64,000 nt of DNA from Alphaproteobacteria bacterium (GTDB taxonomy: Bacteria > Pseudomonadota > Alphaproteobacteria > Rs-D84). The notes beneath the pieces are model-generated. The model was not told the DNA's origin, made no database searches, and worked only from the letters and a program-made list of their open reading frames with translations. This document shows positions 28,742 to 36,443 of this stretch, one piece after another (positions within the stretch are counted from its first letter, which is position 1; each line of letters begins with the position of its first letter). The position numbers and the translations under genes are program-made. Where the stretch lies: positions 89,687 to 153,686 of the forward strand of contig WRCC01000002.1 of assembly GCA_009784235.1 (NCBI GenBank), given 5' to 3'.

Positions 28742-28939
28742 ATGACATTCAAAGAATTTATTGAAATTATTGCCGCTTTGCTTACCATATTTATATCCTT
28801 GATTGCGTTATATGGAATTTTCATCGCGCACAAACGCGGATTTTTCAAAGCGTTTCGGAATATATCTGAATCTTATCATGACATCATTGAACATATAAAA
28901 ATCGATGGTAAAAAGAAAAAACCAAAGAACAATGCTTAA
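28742..28939 (+). CDS. Small predicted membrane protein
   Basis: Single hydrophobic helix IIAALLTIFISLIALYGIFIA followed by a Lys-rich tail. No family recognised. Confidence 0.2.
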   Translation: MTFKEFIEIIAALLTIFISLIALYGIFIAHKRGFFKAFRNISESYHDIIEHIKIDGKKKKPKNNA

Positions 28940-29017
28940 ATTCCCAGGCATTCTATCCTGACGAAAACTCCTTTGAATTAAGATAAAATGAAAATCGGAA
29001 ACACAAAGGAGAAAATC

Positions 29018-29560
29018 ATGAAGAAGCTTTCCATTCTGGTATCCGTTTTGGCCGTTACCGCGGTCCTGGGCGGATGTTCATCCAGTAACGAGCCAAAAAC
29101 CGGCGAATTCGTTCAAACGCACCAACGCGATAATATTACAGAGGTCAGCGCACGTATAGTCCAAGTACGCGGCGAACAAACAACACGCCTGGGCGAAGTT
29201 CGTTTCCGTGAACGTGAAAGCGGATTGCAAATGCTGGCCGATTTGAATAACCTGCGTGCGAATACCGAATATCGTTTTGTCGTGTATAACTTGGTCGATT
29301 GCACTGTTCCAGGCGCCGTGAAAAAAGATGAAAAGTGTCCGGATAACAAAAAGACCGCCGCCAAGAAAGACTGTGAAAAAGAACGTTCCGATATTCGCTT
29401 GCCCGCATTCCATGCCGATGCGAATGGCCGTGCGAACATATCGTTCTTGGCGAATGGTGTGACCGCGGCTGAGCTGAACAATACCAAAATCGGCCTGACC
29501 CGTGGTGGCGTCAAAGTCGGTCATGGTATGTTGACAGAGCGTAATTGGCTGGGCCTGTAA
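29018..29560 (+). CDS. Lipoprotein, possibly Cu/Zn-SOD-like fold without metal ligands
   Basis: Lipobox VLGGCSS. AAGGAG ribosome-binding site. Weak SodC-like spacing of conserved Gly/Asp. No His ligands. Confidence 0.4.
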   Translation: MKKLSILVSVLAVTAVLGGCSSSNEPKTGEFVQTHQRDNITEVSARIVQVRGEQTTRLGEVRFRERESGLQMLADLNNLRANTEYRFVVYNLVDCTVPGAVKKDEKCPDNKKTAAKKDCEKERSDIRLPAFHADANGRANISFLANGVTAAELNNTKIGLTRGGVKVGHGMLTERNWLGL

Positions 29561-29575
29561 AGACACAATGTTATA

Positions 29576-29605
29576 AAAACACGGAACGATTGTTCCGTGT
29601 TTTTA
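29576..29605 (+). terminator. Rho-independent terminator
   Basis: AAAAACACGGAACGATTGTTCCGTGTTTTT. Confidence 0.75.
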
Positions 29606-29643
29606 TTTATGGATTTTTATTTTATGGTTGATATTATTTATTC

Positions 29644-30159
29644 ATGAAAATATCAAATTCCATTGAAATGATAAACAGCGATGTGTGTTTCCAGACGGGT
29701 GATTGCCGCCGGTTTCGCTTGCGCGCGGCTGCAATCATTATCGAAGACGGATGTGTTCTGTTCGCCGGAAACGATTCGGAAAAGTACTATTATTCCATCG
29801 GCGGCGCGATAGAATTGGGCGAAACTGCGGAATCCGCAGTCCTGCGCGAAGTGTTGGAAGAAACTGGCGTTCCGTACGAAATCGACCGTCTGGCATTTAT
29901 ACAAGAAAACTTTTTCCGGCGTGATGACGGAATGTTGAATGGGTTGGCGTGTCATGAAATTACTTTTTATTTCCTGATGAAGCCGTGTGGAACGCGGGAA
30001 TTAAACAGCAACAGCAAGACGCTGAATGATACGATTCCAGAGCACATGTACTGGCTGCCTATTGATAAAATGTCCGAATACGAAGCATATCCGAAATTTT
30101 TCCGGGAAAAATTAAAAGATTTAAAACCATACGTCGAACACATCGTAACGATACAATAA
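29644..30159 (+). CDS. NUDIX hydrolase
   Basis: Nudix box GGAIELGETAESAVLREVLEETGV. Confidence 0.7.
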   Translation: MKISNSIEMINSDVCFQTGDCRRFRLRAAAIIIEDGCVLFAGNDSEKYYYSIGGAIELGETAESAVLREVLEETGVPYEIDRLAFIQENFFRRDDGMLNGLACHEITFYFLMKPCGTRELNSNSKTLNDTIPEHMYWLPIDKMSEYEAYPKFFREKLKDLKPYVEHIVTIQ

Positions 30160-30160
30160 A

Positions 30161-30182
30161 AAAACCGCCATCCGGCGGTTTG
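30161..30182 (+). terminator. Terminator after the NUDIX gene
   Basis: AAAAACCGCCATCCGGCGGTTT. Confidence 0.7.
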
Positions 30183-30263
30183 AATTTTGGTGGAAGATAT
30201 TACACGAAGTTCGAACTTCCACGCCCTTTGATTTCGTCAGCTTAGTAAAACAAATCAAATCCT

Positions 30264-30923
30264 TCAAGGAGAAACATAATTGTAAAACCCGCGCCCCTTA
30301 GGAATGTGTTTTAATATTTCGTTTAAATATTCATATCTTGTTTTTGCAAATTTAAATAGTTCATCTAAAGAAATCCAAAAAAACTTACTATCTATGTTAT
30401 TAGACAAGTCTATTTTAGAAAGGATTACAGAAAAATCACCACCGAACCCCATGTTACCTGACCAGCTAGCACAATACGATTCTTTCCTACTACCAATTTT
30501 TAAATTGACCGGATGGGCTGAAAAAATTGCTCTAATTTCTTTAAAGTAAGCATTGTCATCTTCTACATGTATCAACTTATTGAGAAATATGCTATTGTCA
30601 CCTTTAAAAGGTACAGTATCTTTATTAATAAAAACTCTATGTAATTGAGTTATGCTTTCTAAAAGAATATCAATACTTGATATAAGTAATATCATTTTTC
30701 TACTGTTATCCAATCCGCCCGTTGGTTTGAAATTCTTTTTATCACAATCAATCCCACCCACGGCGACAGTAATCCAGTCCATAACCGAACAAATTACACT
30801 CCAATGGGCTTTCCCTTCAACACACCCATATTTTCCAATCATAGCAGTTGGATTCTCATTTATCCTATTACGAAAATTATCAATAAGACTTGTATTTAGA
30901 GAGCTGCACATTTTTTTATCCAT
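30264..30923 (-). CDS. Hypothetical protein in AT-rich islet next to tRNA-Val(UAC)
   Basis: 219 aa with no recognisable motif. Local GC clearly lower than flanks. Palindrome GTTGTCCACTATAGTGGACAAC sits ~55 bp upstream. Confidence 0.4.
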   Translation of the reverse strand: MDKKMCSSLNTSLIDNFRNRINENPTAMIGKYGCVEGKAHWSVICSVMDWITVAVGGIDCDKKNFKPTGGLDNSRKMILLISSIDILLESITQLHRVFINKDTVPFKGDNSIFLNKLIHVEDDNAYFKEIRAIFSAHPVNLKIGSRKESYCASWSGNMGFGGDFSVILSKIDLSNNIDSKFFWISLDELFKFAKTRYEYLNEILKHIPKGRGFYNYVSP

Positions 30924-30977
30924 TTAAACTCTTTTTTATTCTCATAACGATATAAGTATATATTTTCCAAAAATCAA

Positions 30978-30999
30978 GTTGTCCACTATAGTGGACAAC
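30978..30999. promoter_or_regulatory. Perfect 22 bp palindrome P-E upstream of the islet gene (candidate operator)
   Basis: GTTGTCCACTATAGTGGACAAC. Near-copy AAGTTGTCTGCTATAGTAGACAACTT at 40327..40352 sits inside a MITE-like element. Confidence 0.4.
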
Positions 31000-31146
31000 G
31001 GATTCTAATCGTCAGAAAGGCTTCAAAATCCAAGGGCTGGTTCGAACTGGGGCGAAAAACAGCCTTTTTTAATAATTGTGAGTTCGAGCCGGGCGAAAGC
31101 CAGGGCAGCAATGAAAAACCGCACGAAAATCGTGCGGCAGTGTAAT

Positions 31147-31222
31147 ATGGTGGATGCTGAGGGACTCGAACCCCCGACCTACTGGATGTAAACCAGACGC
31201 TCTACCAACTGAGCTAAGCATC
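31147..31222 (-). tRNA. tRNA-Val (anticodon UAC)
   Basis: GGATGCT acceptor. Anticodon loop TTTACAT. T-loop TTCGAGT. CCA encoded. One T-T mismatch at pair 27-43. Confidence 0.8.
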
Positions 31223-31379
31223 CATAACTTTTCCATATACTATCAAGTACAGAGAAAAAATCAATAATAATGGTGTGGATACTGCGTATTGCGAAATTTT
31301 TGCGATGGGAGTGTATATGAAATACATGACCGGAGCAAAAATGAGCAAACGCAAAGTAGGCGCGCCATTATTATTGATT

Positions 31380-31679
31380 TTATTCAGGCATTGGCATGCC
31401 GGCGGTCGCATCCCCCATCACTTTATCGATAAGCGCGTCCGCTTTGGATTTCGCATCGTTAAATGCGGCCGAAATCATTGCCGTAACCGTTTCTAAATCT
31501 TCCGTCATTAAATCCGGATTGATGGTCAGTTTAACCAAATCGTACTTGCCTGTCAATTCAACAATCACCATCCCGTTGCCGGCGATGCCTTTGACCGTCG
31601 ATTGGCCCAAGCTTTCTTGCGCGGCGGCAACCTTGCCCTGCAATTGTTTCGCTTGCTCCATTAATGCTTTCATGTCCAT
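31380..31679 (-). CDS. ybaB: Nucleoid-associated protein YbaB/EbfC
   Basis: MDMKALMEQAKQLQGKVAAAQESL...GNGMVIVELTGKYDLVKLTINPDL. Confidence 0.85.
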   Translation of the reverse strand: MDMKALMEQAKQLQGKVAAAQESLGQSTVKGIAGNGMVIVELTGKYDLVKLTINPDLMTEDLETVTAMISAAFNDAKSKADALIDKVMGDATAGMPMPE

Positions 31680-31752
31680 GTGATGCTCCCTTGAAATCTA
31701 CGAGGTCCTGCAAAATTCTGCATTCGCAGAATTTATGCGGGATGACACTCTT

Positions 31753-33924
31753 TTATTTCTTCTTTTCTTCGCCGGTTTTCTGGTCAATTCCAACCATGCT
31801 GAAACGCGTTTTTCCGCGTTTATCAACGCCCAGATATTTCACGAATACCTTGTCGCCTTCTTTCAATTTAGCATCTTCGATTTTAGCCAATCTTTCGCCG
31901 GTGATTTCAGAAATATGAACCAAAGATTCAAATGTTCCGTTCATGATTTTCACGAAAATTCCGAAATCTTTCATACCGGATATGACGCCTTCGTAAATCA
32001 TGCCGACTTCTGGTTCTGCAACGATGGCTTTGATTTTTTCGACTGCCAAATCTTTGTCCGCAATGTCTGTGTACATGATTTTCACAGTACCATCATCCGA
32101 CAAATCAATGGTGGTATTGGTTTCAGCGGTCAATGCTTTGATAACTGAACCACCTTTACCAATTACTTCGCGGATTTTGTCCGGATGGATTTTCATGAGG
32201 TATGCCTGTGGTGCGTGTTCAGACAATTCTTTGCGTGGTGCTTTGATTGTCTTGTTCATGACACCCAGGATGTGCATGCGGCCTTCTTTTGCTTGGGCCA
32301 ATGCTTTTTCCATGATTTCGAATGTAATCGATGTGATTTTAATATCCATCTGCAACGAAGTGATACCTTTGTCTGTACCGGCAACCTTGAAATCCATGTC
32401 GCCCAAGTGGTCTTCGTCGCCCATAATATCAGACAAGACTTCGTATTCGTTGCCTTCCTTGATAAGGCCCATCGCGATACCCGCAACCGGACGCATCATC
32501 GGAACGCCACCGTCCATCAGCGCCAATGTTGCGCCACAGACCGTCGCCATCGAAGACGAACCATTAGATTCCAGAACATCCGACACGATGCGAATTGTAT
32601 AATCAAAATCAGACTTTGCCGGCAACATCGGTGATACCGCGCGCCATGCCAGGTTTCCATGACCCAATTCGCGGCGTTTCGGCGCACCAATGCGGCCGGT
32701 TTCGCCAACCGAAAACGGCGGGAAATTATAGTTCAAGATAAATGGCTGTTCCGATTTGCCGTCCATCAAATCCAATGGCAATGCATCCGACGCACCGCCC
32801 AGGGTCACTGTGACCAGGGCTTGCGTTTCGCCGCGTGTGAACAGCGCGGAACCGTGCGTGCGCGGCAATACGCCGACTTCGCATTCAATTGCGCGAACAG
32901 TTTTGGAATCACGGCCGTCGATACGTGGCTTTTTATCCAATATCGCGCGACGCATGATGCGCGCGGTAATCGATTCGCAGATTTCGTTCGAATATGCTTT
33001 CAACAAATTTTTATCGCCATCTGGGAATACGGTTAATGCTTTTTCTAATGCTTTGGCTTTCACAGCATCCAGCGCAGAATAACGGTCTTGTTTAATGGCA
33101 ATAGACAATCCAGCGGCAATTTCGTCCGCAAATTGTTCTAATTCAGATGTCAGCGCGACGTATTCCGGTGCGCGTTCGCGGACCGCCCATTTTTCTTTGC
33201 CGACTTTGGATGCAAGCTCGTTAATTGCGGCAATTACCGGCTGAATCGCGTCGAAACCGAATTTGACAGCTTCCAATGTAACTTTTTCATCCAATTCGCC
33301 GATTTCAGATTCAACCATCAAAACGCCGTCTTTGGTTCCGGCAACGACCAAGTCCATTTCCAAATCGCCAATTGTTTTGACGGCTGGATTCAAGATAAAT
33401 TTGCCATCTGCATATCCAACGCGTGCGGCACCAATCGGGCCCAAGAACGGAACACCGGAAATCGCCAATGCGGCAGATGATGCAATCATTGCGATAATGT
33501 CGGGTGAATGCTTTTTATCGTATGAAAAACAAGTCGCGACAATCTGTGTGTCATTCGTGAATGTTTCCGGGAACAGCGGACGTATCGGTCGGTCAATCAT
33601 GCGCGCAGTTAAAACTTCGTGCAATGCGGATTTGCCTTCGCGGCGGTCGCGTGAACCCGGGATTTTGCCGGCCGCAGAAAATTTTTCGACATAATCAACG
33701 GTCAGCGGGAACCAGTCTTGGCCTTCGACAACATTTTTCGATGACACAACAGTCGCCAAGACCATGGTTTCGCCGATTGTCGCCATAACAGAACCGGTGG
33801 CTTGCTTTGCAAAGCGGCCAGTTTCCAGCGTTAATTTTTCGCCGCCAAAGTCCAATGACACGGAAACGGGATTGTTCAAAGCGTTTTTATTGGCCGCCTT
33901 GTCGCCAAAAAGTCCAAATAACAT
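31753..33924 (-). CDS. pnp: Polynucleotide phosphorylase
   Basis: Two RNase PH domains, KH and S1 at the C-terminus (GKGGSVIKALTAETNTTIDL...). No rpsO upstream. Confidence 0.9.
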   Translation of the reverse strand: MLFGLFGDKAANKNALNNPVSVSLDFGGEKLTLETGRFAKQATGSVMATIGETMVLATVVSSKNVVEGQDWFPLTVDYVEKFSAAGKIPGSRDRREGKSALHEVLTARMIDRPIRPLFPETFTNDTQIVATCFSYDKKHSPDIIAMIASSAALAISGVPFLGPIGAARVGYADGKFILNPAVKTIGDLEMDLVVAGTKDGVLMVESEIGELDEKVTLEAVKFGFDAIQPVIAAINELASKVGKEKWAVRERAPEYVALTSELEQFADEIAAGLSIAIKQDRYSALDAVKAKALEKALTVFPDGDKNLLKAYSNEICESITARIMRRAILDKKPRIDGRDSKTVRAIECEVGVLPRTHGSALFTRGETQALVTVTLGGASDALPLDLMDGKSEQPFILNYNFPPFSVGETGRIGAPKRRELGHGNLAWRAVSPMLPAKSDFDYTIRIVSDVLESNGSSSMATVCGATLALMDGGVPMMRPVAGIAMGLIKEGNEYEVLSDIMGDEDHLGDMDFKVAGTDKGITSLQMDIKITSITFEIMEKALAQAKEGRMHILGVMNKTIKAPRKELSEHAPQAYLMKIHPDKIREVIGKGGSVIKALTAETNTTIDLSDDGTVKIMYTDIADKDLAVEKIKAIVAEPEVGMIYEGVISGMKDFGIFVKIMNGTFESLVHISEITGERLAKIEDAKLKEGDKVFVKYLGVDKRGKTRFSMVGIDQKTGEEKKK

Positions 33925-34086
33925 TTGGTTTTCTCCATATAAAAGTTAATTTTATGCAGAGAAAAATCATTCAATTCTGCGCGAATATTTTGCGCACAAC
34001 AGAATAATCTTTATCCCTGCGAACGCTATTATAGACATTTGAAATCGGATTATCAAGCACAGATGGAAAATTTAATTTTTAACTTT

Positions 34087-34112
34087 TCATTTTTGATTTT
34101 TCATTTATGATA
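34087..34112. repeat. Heptamer array H1 (reverse orientation, ATTTNTG x4) just upstream of rnpA
   Basis: atttttg atttttc atttatg at... Confidence 0.6.
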
Positions 34113-34117
34113 CGTGT

Positions 34118-34465
34118 GTGAGAAACACGATAAAACAACATAAAGACTTCCTGATACCGGACGATGCGCCGCGCTTTGTCACGGATTTTTTTATCGTAAA
34201 ATCGCGCCCGACAAAATGGCCGAATGACGCACGATATGGTTTGACGGCGACAAAAAGAACATTCAAATTGGCGCATGACCGCAATCGTGCAAAGCGTCTG
34301 GTTCGTGCATGGCTGCGCGAATGCGAATCTTTGATGTCGCCGGAAATGGATTATGTTTTTATTATGCGTGCACCGATTCTGGTCGCGAAAAAACCCGATG
34401 GTATCGCGCAAATTACGCGCGCACTGAAAAGGCTAGCCATTATTGGTGCGCCGAACCCGGCGTAA
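34118..34465 (+). CDS. rnpA: RNase P protein component
   Basis: KRTFKLAHDRNRAKRLVRAWLRE core motif. GTG start at 34118. Not preceded by rpmH. The 3' end overlaps the mnmG 3' end convergently by ~33 bp. Confidence 0.75.
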   Translation: MRNTIKQHKDFLIPDDAPRFVTDFFIVKSRPTKWPNDARYGLTATKRTFKLAHDRNRAKRLVRAWLRECESLMSPEMDYVFIMRAPILVAKKPDGIAQITRALKRLAIIGAPNPA

Positions 34466-36280
34466 AATATTTATAATGCCCGCGGGCGTTATGCCTGGAA
34501 TACGTGATAATGCGGCGATTGTTTCCGGACGCGCGGCCGATAATTTTTCTTTCAGTTCATTGGTCAATCCGGACATTGCAGCATAATCAAAACCCATCGG
34601 AATTTTAATATCTTTATCGCGGTTATATCGTTCAATTTCACGTTGCGCCCGCGCAATATATCCAGCGTAAAATCTATCATTTTGATTTATGATTTCGGCC
34701 TTTTCAGCGATATTTTTTTCATAATGTTCGCCTGTAATCAATCCGGCTGCAACCGCCATTGGTCCCAGGCGCGTGATTGCATTATCCGCGCGCAGGCTCA
34801 ATCGGTATTCCGCGCGGGATGTGAACATTCGATAAGGTTCATCTACGCCCAGCGTCGTAATATCATCGATTAGTACACCGATATATGAATTGGTTCGGTC
34901 GATTTGTAGGGGTGCGCACCCACCCATTGAAATCGCAGATTTCAATGGGACCCGGGATTCGCGCCCCAGGGCGCAAGTATGCGCCCCTACAAAAGCCGCG
35001 GCGTTCGCACCCGCGACGATACCTTGGGCTGCGGCTTCTTCGTACCCCGATGTACCATTAATTTGCCCAGCGAAAAATAATCCCGGAATGTCTTTGGATT
35101 CCAATGTTGACTTTAACACACGCGCATCAATCGCATCGTATTCGATTGCATATCCATATCGTTCGATACGGGCGTTTTCCAGGCTTGGAACACTGCGAAT
35201 AAATTTATCTTGGACTGCCGCGGACATACTGGTCGATAAACCATTTGGATAAATTAATTTGCCATTTGCTGTCTCTGGCTCCAAAAATATTTGGTGTGAA
35301 CTGTGTTCTGGGAATCGCATAACTTTGTCTTCCAAGGATGGGCAATACCGCGGCCCGGTACCAACAATTTCACCGTTATACATCGGCGCGTCGGTAATAG
35401 TATCGCGAATAATTTGGTGCGTTTCAGATGTAGTGCGGGTGATATAGCAATTGGTCGGTCCAAAGTTTGGGTAAACCACCCCGCCCTTTGGGCATCCCTC
35501 CAAAGGGGGGGAACTAAACCACGGATGATTCGTATCCCCTGGCTGTGCCTCGCACACCGAAAAGTCAATACTGTCCGCATAAATACGCGCGGGTGTTCCG
35601 GTTTTCAGACGTAATAATTTGAATCCGGCGCGTTCAAGCGTCGCGGAAATATTTTTATCGGCCGTCTGATATGTGCCGTCGTCTTGCAATCGGCCAGATT
35701 CGATTTTTTCGCATCCGCGATGGACCAAACCCCGCAAAAAAGTCCCGGTCGTAATAACAATTGCCGTCGCACGATATTTTCCGTTTATGATTTTGTTTTC
35801 GATATCCAAAGTTTCGACGGATTCATAAATTATTTCGGGATAGACTATATCTCCCCCTCCTTGAGGGGGGCCGTCTGCGAAGCAGATCGGGGGGAGCTCC
35901 CCCTCGTCGCCCTTTGGGCGACACTCCCCCTCAAGGAGGGGGAGATATAGTCCGAGCAGATTTTTCACTGCATCCCGATACTTATCCCGATCGATTTGTG
36001 CGCGTAATGCCTGGGTCGCGGGGCCGTGCGAAGCATTTAAAACACGGAAATGAATACCGGCCATATCGGCGGCACGCGGCATTATTCCGCCCAAGGCGCC
36101 CAATTCCGCAACCAATTGCGATTTTCCAGGCCCACCAATCGATGGATTGCAAGACAGCGCGCCCAAATCATCCGGCGATTTGGTCAAAAGCAGGGTGGCC
36201 GCACCCATACGTGCTGCTGCCGCGGCTGCTTCGACCCCGGCATGTCCGCCGCCAATAACAATTACATCAAATTCTTTCAT
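34433..36280 (-). CDS. mnmG: tRNA uridine-5-carboxymethylaminomethyl synthesis enzyme MnmG (GidA)
   Basis: MKEFDVIVIGGGHAGVEAAAAAARMG FAD motif. GPRYCPSLEDKVMRF. Carries three in-frame palindromic-element insertions (P-C, P-A partial, P-B). Confidence 0.9.
   Translation of the reverse strand: MKEFDVIVIGGGHAGVEAAAAAARMGAATLLLTKSPDDLGALSCNPSIGGPGKSQLVAELGALGGIMPRAADMAGIHFRVLNASHGPATQALRAQIDRDKYRDAVKNLLGLYLPLLEGECRPKGDEGELPPICFADGPPQGGGDIVYPEIIYESVETLDIENKIINGKYRATAIVITTGTFLRGLVHRGCEKIESGRLQDDGTYQTADKNISATLERAGFKLLRLKTGTPARIYADSIDFSVCEAQPGDTNHPWFSSPPLEGCPKGGVVYPNFGPTNCYITRTTSETHQIIRDTITDAPMYNGEIVGTGPRYCPSLEDKVMRFPEHSSHQIFLEPETANGKLIYPNGLSTSMSAAVQDKFIRSVPSLENARIERYGYAIEYDAIDARVLKSTLESKDIPGLFFAGQINGTSGYEEAAAQGIVAGANAAAFVGAHTCALGRESRVPLKSAISMGGCAPLQIDRTNSYIGVLIDDITTLGVDEPYRMFTSRAEYRLSLRADNAITRLGPMAVAAGLITGEHYEKNIAEKAEIINQNDRFYAGYIARAQREIERYNRDKDIKIPMGFDYAAMSGLTNELKEKLSAARPETIAALSRIPGITPAGIINILRRVRRTNNG
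34925..34990. repeat. P-C palindromic element (variant) inserted in-frame in mnmG
   Basis: CCCATTGAAATCGCAGATTTCAATGGG + GCGCCCCAGGGCGCAAGTATGCGCCCCTAC. Encodes VGAHTCALGRESRVPLKSAISMGGCAP, compared with VGAHSCAPGREYAPLR in metG. Confidence 0.75.
35471..35514. repeat. P-A palindromic element (partial) inserted in-frame in mnmG
   Basis: GTAAACCACCCCGCCCTTTGGGCATCCCTCCAAAGGGGGGGAAC. Encodes SSPPLEGCPKGGVVY in the FS...CYIT loop. Confidence 0.75.
35846..35950. repeat. P-B palindromic element (105 bp) inserted in-frame in mnmG
   Basis: TATATCTCCCCCTCCTTGAGGGGG...CGTCGCCCTTTGGGCGAC...CCCCCTCAAGGAGGGGGAGATATA. Encodes ~35 extra residues (LPLLEGECRPKGDEGELPPICFADGPPQGGGDI). Confidence 0.8.
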
Positions 36281-36443
36281 GGGGGTAAATATATAATAAA
36301 AAAACTGGAAATCCATAAAAACTTGTACTATAATTGGCGCTATGTACAACAAGAACATAATTATTAGAGGATAACTGGCAGACGCGCTTTGCAGTTATTC
36401 CTGTGGGCGCATCGGCGTCCATTTTTTTATCAAAGGCATCAAA

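Noticed and set aside
30186-31146. Considered a prophage or integrative element at tRNA-Val or tRNA-Gln
   Set aside because: No integrase, phage structural or regulatory genes are present. Only att-like remnants and single cargo-like genes remain, so these are reported as decayed islets rather than prophages.
31711-31731. AAATTCTGCATTCGCAGAATTT palindrome between pnp stop and ybaB start
   Set aside because: AT-rich stem without a T run and only one copy. It could be a weak terminator or operator, but the evidence is insufficient to call.
32000-33036. Plus-strand ORFs of 125-200 aa antisense to pnp
   Set aside because: Pnp identity is unambiguous on the minus strand. These are shadow ORFs.
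33925-34117. Looked for rpsO upstream of pnp and for rpmH upstream of rnpA
   Set aside because: The 193 bp gap encodes nothing resembling S15 or L34 in any frame. rpmH was found elsewhere at 47145..47297.
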